Origin: Actinomycetota bacterium
GTDB lineage: Bacteria > Actinomycetota > Thermoleophilia > Solirubrobacterales > JBBDJG01
DNA length: 36,800 nt
Direction of reading: 5' to 3'
NCBI GenBank assembly: GCA_046725795.1
Contig: JBKOZI010000104.1
Location: 1 to 36,800, forward strand
This document shows, piece by piece, positions 19,802 through 27,323 of the stretch (the stretch's first letter is position 1; every line of letters starts with the position of its first letter). A program made the translations under genes and the position numbers. A model generated the notes under the pieces. It ran no database searches. It was not told where the DNA came from and saw nothing but the letters and a program-made list of their open reading frames with translations.

Positions 19802-20737
19802 ATGAGCACGGAGACAGACAGCAGCCGCAAGCACCACGGCGTCGCCGCGCTGCGCCGCCCGTGGGGCAGAAGGAACGGCAGGGCTCATCTGACCCGCGAA
19901 GACGAGTTCACCGGCCAGCGGCACGTCTACGAGCCGCACGCCGCGGGATTGCCGCCGCTCCGGTCCTACGTCCGTGAGCTGTGGCGTCGCCGGGAGTTCG
20001 CCCTGGAGCTGTCGCGCACCAGGTTGCGCGCGCAGCACTTCAACACGGTCTTCGGGCAACTCTGGCTGGTGATCAACCCCCTCCTGCTGGCCGGGGTCTA
20101 CTTCGTGCTCGTCGACATCATCCGGCCGAGCTCGCGCGGCCTCGACTTCTTCGCTCACCTGATGGCGGGACTCTTCGCCTACTACTTCGTCTCGAACGCC
20201 TTGCGGGAGGGAGTCAAGTCGGTCGTGAAGGGCGGCCGGCTGATCCTCAACACCGCCTTCCCGCGCGCCCTGCTCCCACTCTCGTCGGTGATCACCTCGT
20301 TCATGCGCTTCGTCCCGACGATCTTCATCTACGCACCGGTGCACCTGATCGCGGGACTACCGGTCGGGCCGCAGCTCCTCTGGGTGCTGCCGCTCGTGGC
20401 GCTCTTCTTCGTGCTTTCGGCCGGCCTCACGATGCTGGTCGCGGCGGGTCAGGTGTACTTCCGTGACCTCGCGAACTTCCTGCCCTACGCGCTGCGGGTC
20501 TGGCTCTACATGTCGCCGATCCTGTACTACGCAAGCGAAGTCCCCGAGCGCTACAAGTGGGTCCTCGACGTGAACCCGATCGCGCCGCTGCTGACCGCAT
20601 GGAGCGACGTGCTGAATGCGGGCCATGCGCCGAACGGCGGCGACCTGGCGCTGGGCGCGGCGTGGGCGTTTGCGCTGTTCATCGCCGGGGCGCTCTTCTT
20701 CACGTCGCGGGAGCGTGAGTTTGCTGTCCGCCTCTGA
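19802..20737 (+). CDS. ABC-2 polysaccharide/teichoic acid exporter permease (TagG/Wzm family)
   Basis: LWRRREF, FGQLWLVINPLL, FPRALLPL, FRDLANF, YMSPILY, VNPIAP; about 6 TMs. Confidence 0.93.
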   Translation: MSTETDSSRKHHGVAALRRPWGRRNGRAHLTREDEFTGQRHVYEPHAAGLPPLRSYVRELWRRREFALELSRTRLRAQHFNTVFGQLWLVINPLLLAGVYFVLVDIIRPSSRGLDFFAHLMAGLFAYYFVSNALREGVKSVVKGGRLILNTAFPRALLPLSSVITSFMRFVPTIFIYAPVHLIAGLPVGPQLLWVLPLVALFFVLSAGLTMLVAAGQVYFRDLANFLPYALRVWLYMSPILYYASEVPERYKWVLDVNPIAPLLTAWSDVLNAGHAPNGGDLALGAAWAFALFIAGALFFTSREREFAVRL

Positions 20738-21503
20738 CCAGCACAGCGTCTGCGTCGAGGACGTCTCGGTCACGTATCGCACGTCGTTCGAGCGTGCGCC
20801 CACGCTGCGGAGCACGATGCTGCGGCTCGGCCGCCGGGAACGCATGGTCCGCGAGATCGAGGCCTTGAAGGGCGTCTCGTTCGACGTGAAGCACGGCACC
20901 GTGCTGGGCGTCATCGGGGCGAACGGCGCCGGCAAGTCGACGCTGGTCCGGACGGTCGCCGGCATCCTGCCTCCGACCACGGGCCGCGTCGAGGTACGCG
21001 GCCGCGTGAGCACCCTGCTTGCGCTCGGCGTGGGGTTCAACCGCGACCTGAGCGGTCGTGACAACGTCGTGCTCGGAGGGCTCGCGGCCGGCCTCACCCG
21101 CGACCAGATGGCGGAGAAGTACGACGAGATCGTCGAGTTCGCCGAGCTCGCCGACTTCATGGACCTGCCGATGCGCACCTACTCGTCGGGCATGTACGGC
21201 AGGCTCGCGTTCTCGGTCGCCGTGAACATGGATCCCGACATCCTGCTGATCGACGAGGCCCTGTCCGTGGGCGACGCGCGCTTCCGCCGCAAGTCCTTCG
21301 AGAAGATGCGCGAGCTCTGCGGCCAGGCGCGGACGATCGTGCTCGTGAGTCATTCGATGGGCAGCATCAGCGAGCTCTGCGACCAGGCGATCTGGATGCA
21401 CGGCGGCGAGATGCGGCTGTGGGACGAGCCCGACGCCGTGATCGAGGCCTACACGAACTTTCTCGACGTCAAGGACGACGCGATTACGCGCGAGGACGTC
21501 TAG
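20715..21503 (+). CDS. ABC polysaccharide/teichoic acid exporter ATPase (TagH/Wzt family, no C-terminal CBM)
   Basis: ALKGVSF, Walker A GANGAGKST, YSSGM signature, ILLIDEALSVGD, VSH. Start is GTG 20715 or TTG 20721. Confidence 0.95.
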   Translation: MSLLSASDQHSVCVEDVSVTYRTSFERAPTLRSTMLRLGRRERMVREIEALKGVSFDVKHGTVLGVIGANGAGKSTLVRTVAGILPPTTGRVEVRGRVSTLLALGVGFNRDLSGRDNVVLGGLAAGLTRDQMAEKYDEIVEFAELADFMDLPMRTYSSGMYGRLAFSVAVNMDPDILLIDEALSVGDARFRRKSFEKMRELCGQARTIVLVSHSMGSISELCDQAIWMHGGEMRLWDEPDAVIEAYTNFLDVKDDAITREDV

Positions 21504-21666
21504 TGGTCCGTCTCGGAACGTTGGCCTCGAAATGGCGAGGGCCGGGCGTCGGCAGGCGAGGACGCAGGAAGCCCGAATACTGGGCAGTATTCGGGCGACC
21601 GAGGACGAAGCATGGCGGCGATCCGGTGCCGCCATTTCAGGTCGAACGTTTCGGGACGGGCCACTA
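21501..21666 (+). mobile_element. 166-nt palindromic hairpin element, copy 1 (MITE / RPE- or ERIC-like architecture)
   Basis: TAGTGGTC...GGCCACTA termini; 38-nt arms (21500-21537/21630-21667, 31/38 complementary); central perfect hairpin gcccgaatactg/cagtattcgggc; TA at both ends. Confidence 0.8.
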
Positions 21667-23133
21667 GGCACCGCAATTCGGCGCGGCGTACACGAGCCAC
21701 GACCCGTTGCCGTACAGCCGGCTGTAGCTCGCTGGAGGCTTGTAGCGAGGAAAGTTCTTCTTGTAGAAGCCGCGGACGTGTGGCACCGACCGCGGTACGA
21801 CCAGCAGGCGGCCAAGCGGGCTGGCGCCGCTCTCGACCGTTCCGACAGAGCCCGGCCGCCCGTCGAGCCAGTACCGCAGGTAGGGGATCGGTCGGTGGTC
21901 CGCCGCCGAGAGCGGAGCGCATGCGGCGAATGCGTCCCGCACCGGTTTCGCCTGGCCGAGTGACCGCAGATCCGCGTACAGCCTCCCGTTGCGCTCGATT
22001 GCCTTGTGAACGCCCTCCAGCATGTCGGCGTGGCGCGGGATAAAGGCGACCGACAGGGCGAGTGCGAACATTCCGGCCGCCAGCCACCGGCGCCGCGCGC
22101 GACCTTCCGGCAGCAGCGCCCAACCGCACACGGCGAGACCGTAGAAGAGCGCCAGCAGAATCGCGGGCGTGCGGAGGTACCTGCCGATCAACGGCAGCCC
22201 GAAGACCGGGCCGATCGCAAACACCGCGGTCATCGCAGCGGCCACGACCACGGGCAGGATCCCCTCACGGCGGCGGTAGAGCCACGCGAACGCCAGCCCG
22301 ATCGGAACGCCGATCACCAGCGGCTCCCGGAGCGTGAACCCGAAGTACTGCGCGGTCCAGTAGGGCACCTGACTGATGTGGCGACGGCGGTCCTGCTCAT
22401 CGGCCAGCGCGGCTGTGCCGTGAAGCGAATGGAGCGCGTCGTGGGCGATCAGAAGATCGCTCAGCATCCACACCGCCGGCGCGGACGCGGCGATCGCGAA
22501 GAACGCGACGCGGGTTCTCGCCGAGACCGCCGGCCACATGTAGAGGACGTACAACCCCGACAGGAACCAGGCCTCAGGACGTAGCAGCCCGGCGACGGCG
22601 AGCACCGCGAGCACCACGGCGCCTCGTCGAGGACGCCGCGCCTCGAGCAGAACCGCGCCGACGATCAGTGCCGCGAACGGGATGTCCTGGTACGCCAGCA
22701 ACGCGTCACGCTCGAGCGCGGGTCGGGTGAACACGACCGCAGCAGCGACCACGCCCGCCCAGGGCGAGAACAGCTGGGCGCCGAGCCGGTAGACGAGCCA
22801 GACGAGCGCACCGAACGAGAGCAGCACGACCCAGGTCATGAGTTGGTCCGACGCAGCGAAGGGATGCACGAGAAAGCTGATCGCGGTCTGCAGCGGATGC
22901 GGAGTGGGCGCGAACGGCGCCCCGTAGTCGGGACGGACGCCGTCCCAGAGGTCGCCTGCCCAGAGCAGCGCATAGCGGGCGTCGTAGTTCAGGTACCAGG
23001 GGTCGTAGACGACACGCAGCAGCACCGCGACCCCCACGATCGTCGCGGCCGGGACCGCGAAGCGCGCGATCGACCGCGGGATCGGCGCGACCGTGGCGGG
23101 CGCGGAGGGCGTGGTCGTGGAGCTAGTGGTCAC
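21664..23133 (-). CDS. Polytopic membrane protein, probable GT-C fold glycosyltransferase (PMT/ArnT-like)
   Basis: First TM followed by loop YLNYDARYALLW, then PTPHPL, AYQDIPF, AGLLRPEAW, GRYL; about 11-13 TMs. Start GTG 23133; ORF is open to 23181. Confidence 0.75.
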   Translation of the reverse strand: MTTSSTTTPSAPATVAPIPRSIARFAVPAATIVGVAVLLRVVYDPWYLNYDARYALLWAGDLWDGVRPDYGAPFAPTPHPLQTAISFLVHPFAASDQLMTWVVLLSFGALVWLVYRLGAQLFSPWAGVVAAAVVFTRPALERDALLAYQDIPFAALIVGAVLLEARRPRRGAVVLAVLAVAGLLRPEAWFLSGLYVLYMWPAVSARTRVAFFAIAASAPAVWMLSDLLIAHDALHSLHGTAALADEQDRRRHISQVPYWTAQYFGFTLREPLVIGVPIGLAFAWLYRRREGILPVVVAAAMTAVFAIGPVFGLPLIGRYLRTPAILLALFYGLAVCGWALLPEGRARRRWLAAGMFALALSVAFIPRHADMLEGVHKAIERNGRLYADLRSLGQAKPVRDAFAACAPLSAADHRPIPYLRYWLDGRPGSVGTVESGASPLGRLLVVPRSVPHVRGFYKKNFPRYKPPASYSRLYGNGSWLVYAAPNCGA

Positions 23134-23289
23134 GGTCGTGAGTACGGTCGTGCTTGGGCGAGCGAGAACCAAGGCTGGCAAGGACGCAGGGAGGTCGCAT
23201 GCCTAAATGGCATGTGACCGACCGAGGACGCCACCAGGTGCCGGTTCGCAGCCGGCCAAGTGCGGGCGTATTTACGATCGGGGCCACTA
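23124..23289 (+). mobile_element. 166-nt palindromic hairpin element, copy 2
   Basis: TAGTGGTC...GGCCACTA termini; 34-nt arms with 25 Watson-Crick + 7 G-U pairs; central hairpin ggtcgcatgcc/ggcatgtgacc; same internal motifs as copy 1. Confidence 0.8.
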
Positions 23290-24384
23290 ACCATCCGGAT
23301 GTCCGAGCGCATCCACGACCGCGCGCGCGACATCCTCGCCGTAGGTGGGGCCCATTGGGAGCGCGAGGTTCGTGGCGGCCGCCTCCTCCGTGCCCGGGAG
23401 CTCGGCGCCCTTGGCGTACGGCTCCATCCCAGGCTGCCGATGGACGGGAACGCGGTAGTAGCTGCGTGCTTCGACGCCCGCATCCCGGAGGCGGCGCGCC
23501 AGCGCGTCGGGGGCCTCGGCCCGCGTCACGTAGAGATGGTGCACCGGCTCAGTGCCGCCCGGTACGCGAGGTAGGTCGACGTGCCGATCCAGACCCGCTT
23601 GCGTGTAAGCCGCGGCAAGGGCACGGCGGGCCGCGTTGAGGGCGTCGAGCCGCGGAAGCACGGCTCGCAGAACCGTGGCCTGGATCGCGTCGAGCCGCGA
23701 GTTGAAGCCGATTGCGCTGAACCTGTCCTTGTCACGCGAGCCGTGCGCGTGCAGGAGCCTCGCCTTCGCCGCCACCTCCTCGTCGTCGGTTGCGATCGCT
23801 CCTCCGTCGCCGAGGCAGAAGAGGTTCTTGGATGGAAAGAAGCTGAACATCGCTGCATCGCCGAGCGCGCCGGCCCTGCGTCCGTGCAGGGAGGCACCCG
23901 CCGCCTGCGCGGCGTCCTCGAGCACGGCGATCCCTCGCTCGCGCGCGAACGGGACGATCTCGTCGAGCGGCGCGGGCGTCCCGAACAGGTGCACGGCGAC
24001 GATCGCCTTGGTGGCCGGCGTGACCGCCCGCTCGACGGTCTCGCGGGTGATGCAAAATGTCTCGGGATCGACATCGCAGAAGACCGGCCGTGCGCCGGTG
24101 TGCGGGATTGCCTCGGCGCTCGCATAGAACGTGAACGACGGCACGAGTACGTCGTCGCCCGGTCCAACACCCAGCGCGAGCAGCGCGATCGTGAGGGCGT
24201 CCGTGCCGTTACCCACGCCCACCACGTGCTCTACGCCCAGGTAGGCGGCGAGCTCGCGCTCGAACGCCTGGACCTCCGGCCCCAGGATGAAACGGCCGGA
24301 CTCGACCACGGCGGCGATCCGGCTCTTCAGCTCGGGCTGCAGCTCCCTCAAAACCTCGCGGGTGTCGAACAGGGGAATCCGCAC
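23287..24384 (-). CDS. DegT/DnrJ/EryC1/StrS family PLP-dependent sugar aminotransferase
   Basis: FILGPEV, GNGTDAL, VHLFG, EDAAQA, FSFFPSKNL (PLP lysine), GDGG, GFNSRLD. Start GTG 24384 (MRIPLFD) or 24393. Confidence 0.95.
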   Translation of the reverse strand: MRIPLFDTREVLRELQPELKSRIAAVVESGRFILGPEVQAFERELAAYLGVEHVVGVGNGTDALTIALLALGVGPGDDVLVPSFTFYASAEAIPHTGARPVFCDVDPETFCITRETVERAVTPATKAIVAVHLFGTPAPLDEIVPFARERGIAVLEDAAQAAGASLHGRRAGALGDAAMFSFFPSKNLFCLGDGGAIATDDEEVAAKARLLHAHGSRDKDRFSAIGFNSRLDAIQATVLRAVLPRLDALNAARRALAAAYTQAGLDRHVDLPRVPGGTEPVHHLYVTRAEAPDALARRLRDAGVEARSYYRVPVHRQPGMEPYAKGAELPGTEEAAATNLALPMGPTYGEDVARAVVDALGHPDG

Positions 24385-24422
24385 GACGGTCACGCTACCC
24401 TGCCGTTCAGCACGGACGGCCC

Positions 24423-25070
24423 TTGGCGCTCCTTACGACAGCCTCCCTGACCGGACCGCTCGTCGACTTCGCGACGAACGTGATCGGCGACCTCGGCACC
24501 GCCGGGATCTTCATCCTGATGCTGCTGGACAGCGCCTGCATCCCCACGTCGAGCGAGGCGATCATGCTCTTCGCGGGCTTCAAGGTCGCGGACGGCCGTT
24601 TCACGATGCTCGAGATAGTGATCGCGGGTGTGGCCGGAAACCTGGTCGGGTCCTGGGTCGCATACGGAATCGGCTACTACGGCCGGGTCGAGCTGCTGAA
24701 GCGCCATGGTAAGTGGCTGCACATCGGCCCGAAGCAGATCGCGTGGGCCGACCGCTGGTTTGAGCGCTACGGCGACGCCACAGTGTTCTTCTCCCGCATG
24801 CTGCCCGTGATCCGGACGTTCATCTCGCTCCCTGCCGGTGTCGCGAGGATGCCGTTCTGGCGGTTCAGCGTGCTCAGCACGATCGGAATCATTCCGTGGG
24901 TGCTCGCCTGGGGGATCATCGGCAAGCAGGTCGGCAGCGACTGGGACAAGCTCCAGGAGAAGGCGCACTACGCCGACTATGCGATCGTCGCGGGGATCAT
25001 CGTGACGATCCTGTACTTCGTCCTTCGCCGGCGCGCCGGGAAGCCCGCAACCAACACCAGCGGGCCTTGA
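24423..25070 (+). CDS. dedA: DedA family membrane protein (candidate undecaprenyl-phosphate flippase)
   Basis: DSACIPTSSEAIMLFAG, GNLVGSWVAYGIG, WFERYG...FFSRMLPVIRTFISLPAG. Confidence 0.93.
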   Translation: MALLTTASLTGPLVDFATNVIGDLGTAGIFILMLLDSACIPTSSEAIMLFAGFKVADGRFTMLEIVIAGVAGNLVGSWVAYGIGYYGRVELLKRHGKWLHIGPKQIAWADRWFERYGDATVFFSRMLPVIRTFISLPAGVARMPFWRFSVLSTIGIIPWVLAWGIIGKQVGSDWDKLQEKAHYADYAIVAGIIVTILYFVLRRRAGKPATNTSGP

Positions 25071-25945
25071 GCGACGACCGGCTCCCGATCGCGCACGCGG
25101 CCGTGCTCGGCGCGATCCAGGGACCGGCCGAGCTGCTGCCGATCTCCAGCTCCGGCCACCTCGTGCTCGTGCCGGCGATGCTCGGCTGGCGGTACCGCGA
25201 GCTCGATCCCGAGATCCGGAAGTCGGTCGAGGTGGCCCTGCATGCGGGGGGCGCCGCGGCGCTGCTGATCGGCCTGCGCAAGGAGGTCGCCGAGTACGTG
25301 CGGTCCTTCGGGCTCCACAACCTTGCGAGCCTGGCACTCTCCTTCGCACCCGCGGCTGCGATCGCTCTCCGGTTCGAGCAACCCATCGAACGCCGGCTTT
25401 CCGAGCCGCGCCCCGTCGCGATCGCGCTGCTCGCGGGCTCGGCCGCGATGGCCGTCGCCGACGGCCGGCCCGAGCGCCGCGGGCGCAGGGACGCAAGCCT
25501 CGTCGACGCCGTGGTGATCGGAGCTGCACAGGCGTTCGCGCTCGCACCAGGGGTCTCCCGCAACGGGGCGACTCTCGCCGCGGCGCGCTGGCGCGGCTTC
25601 CGGCGACCGGACGCGAACGTGATCTCGCGGCAGATCGCCCTGCCCGTGATCGTCGGCGCGACGGCGCTGAAAGGCGCCCGCCTCGCGACGCGCGAGCTTC
25701 CGCCGGGGATCGGGCAGGGAATGGCGGCAGGCGCGACGGCGGCGTTCTGCTCGACGCTCGTCTCCATGCGCCTGATCGCGATGCTCGAGCGCAGCCGGTC
25801 GCTGCTTCCATATGTCGCCTACCGCACGGTGCTCGGGACGGCTGCCCTGCTCGCGCTGAGAAAGCGCGCTCGGAGCCGGCAACCCGCCCCGCTCTCGATG
25901 AACGGCCACCGTGCCGCGGAGCGCGTGGCCACTCCAGTTCAATAG
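25067..25945 (+). CDS. uppP: Undecaprenyl-diphosphate phosphatase (BacA/UppP)
   Basis: GAIQGPAELLPISSSGHL, VALHAG, AQAFALAPGVSRNGAT. TTG start overlaps the dedA TGA. Confidence 0.9.
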   Translation: MSDDRLPIAHAAVLGAIQGPAELLPISSSGHLVLVPAMLGWRYRELDPEIRKSVEVALHAGGAAALLIGLRKEVAEYVRSFGLHNLASLALSFAPAAAIALRFEQPIERRLSEPRPVAIALLAGSAAMAVADGRPERRGRRDASLVDAVVIGAAQAFALAPGVSRNGATLAAARWRGFRRPDANVISRQIALPVIVGATALKGARLATRELPPGIGQGMAAGATAAFCSTLVSMRLIAMLERSRSLLPYVAYRTVLGTAALLALRKRARSRQPAPLSMNGHRAAERVATPVQ

Positions 25946-25950
25946 CGGCA

Positions 25951-27030
25951 GTGAACCAGGGAGACGCGTACGCCGCAGCCGGCGTCGACACCGCCGAAGC
26001 CGGGCGCGCGATCGACGCGCTCGTCGCTGTTCTGAAGACGATCGATCCCGGGAGGCCGTCGAGCGCTGTCGTCGGCGCCGGCCATTACGCAAGCGTGCTC
26101 GCGCTTGACGGGCAGACCGGCATCGCGCTCTGCACCGACGGCGTCGGTACGAAGCTGATCGTCGCCGAGCAGGCGGGCCGCTTCGACACGGTCGGGATCG
26201 ACTGCGTCGCGATGAACGTAAACGATCTGATCTGCGTCGGCGCGGAGCCACGCGCGATGCTCGACTACCTCGCGGTCGAACAGGCCGACGCGGAGGTGCT
26301 CCAGGCGGTCGCCCGGGGGCTCAAAGCAGGTGCGGAGCGGGCGGGGATCGAGATCCCCGGCGGCGAGCTTGCGCAGCTGCCCGAGATGGTGCGTGGACAT
26401 CCGTCACCACACGGGATCGACCTCGTCGGGGCGGCTTTCGGCACCGTGGACCTCGACCGGATCGTGACGGGAGATGCAACCAGGCCTCGAGACGTGCTGC
26501 TGGGACTGCCGTCGAGCGGGCTGCACTCGAACGGGTTCACGCTCGCGAGGCGTGCGCTGCTCGAGCGGGGCGGCCTCACGCTCGAAGAGTCTCCCGTGGA
26601 GCTCGGCCGCACGGTCGCGGACGAGCTGCTCGAGCCGACCGAGATCTACGTCCGCGCGATCCTCGACCTGCTCGGCTCGGGCCTCGAGGTTCACGGACTG
26701 GCCCACATCACCGGCGAAGGCCTTCTCAACCTGCTGCGCTTGAATGACTCCGCCGGATACGAGATCGACGAGCCGCTTCCCGCCCAGCCCGTGTTCGGCC
26801 TGATCCAGAGACTCGGCGAAGTGCCGCGAACCGAGATGCACCGGGTCTTCAACATGGGAACCGGCTTCGTGTGCGCTCTCGCACCCGATCACGCCGAGGA
26901 CGCGCTCGAGCTGCTTCGCGGGCACTACCCGGCCGCGGCGAGGATCGGAGGCGTGACCGGAGCCGCCGGAACAGTGGTGCTCCCGGCGGCGAGCCTGGTG
27001 GGCGACTCGGACGGCTTCCGCGCCCTCTAG
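25951..27030 (+). CDS. purM: Phosphoribosylformylglycinamidine cyclo-ligase (AIR synthase)
   Basis: YAAAGVD, TDGVGTK, GIDCVAMNVNDL, GGELAQLP, SSGLHSNG, AHITGEG, FNMGTG. Confidence 0.96.
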   Translation: MNQGDAYAAAGVDTAEAGRAIDALVAVLKTIDPGRPSSAVVGAGHYASVLALDGQTGIALCTDGVGTKLIVAEQAGRFDTVGIDCVAMNVNDLICVGAEPRAMLDYLAVEQADAEVLQAVARGLKAGAERAGIEIPGGELAQLPEMVRGHPSPHGIDLVGAAFGTVDLDRIVTGDATRPRDVLLGLPSSGLHSNGFTLARRALLERGGLTLEESPVELGRTVADELLEPTEIYVRAILDLLGSGLEVHGLAHITGEGLLNLLRLNDSAGYEIDEPLPAQPVFGLIQRLGEVPRTEMHRVFNMGTGFVCALAPDHAEDALELLRGHYPAAARIGGVTGAAGTVVLPAASLVGDSDGFRAL

Positions 27031-27035
27031 CTGAC

Positions 27036-27280
27036 CTGCCCAGTCACCTCACCGGGCTCCAGCGTCCCGAGTTTCGTACCCCTCGCGCTACTCCCGGCGG
27101 CGGGCCTTGCCATCCAACCCGCATAACGCCCTCGGCGGCGATGGATGAACATGCGAACCCGACTTGGCCCGAAGACCTATCTCGACGGATGATGTGTCGC
27201 AGGTCCGAAACTTGAACGGCGCGGAGTACGAGAAGTCCCGCCTGCGGGATTCGCTTCCGGTGCAAGGCACCACCGGGCAG
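27036..27280 (-). ncRNA. Candidate structured non-coding RNA (~245 nt; unassigned family)
   Basis: Long interrupted closing helix between 27036-27088 and 27219-27280, two inner arms and a possible pseudoknot. Most non-canonical oppositions become G-U on the - strand. No credible ORF. Confidence 0.6.
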
Positions 27281-27323
27281 AGAAAGGCCGCCGAAAATCC
27301 CGCCACCAAGGCGTGCGCCGAGC

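Noticed and set aside
21501-23289. The two 166-nt elements as simple intrinsic terminators, CRISPR repeats or integron attC sites
   Set aside because: Too long, with no U-tract. Only two copies 1.6 kb apart, no spacers or cas genes, and no RYYYAAC/GTTRRRY ends or integrase.
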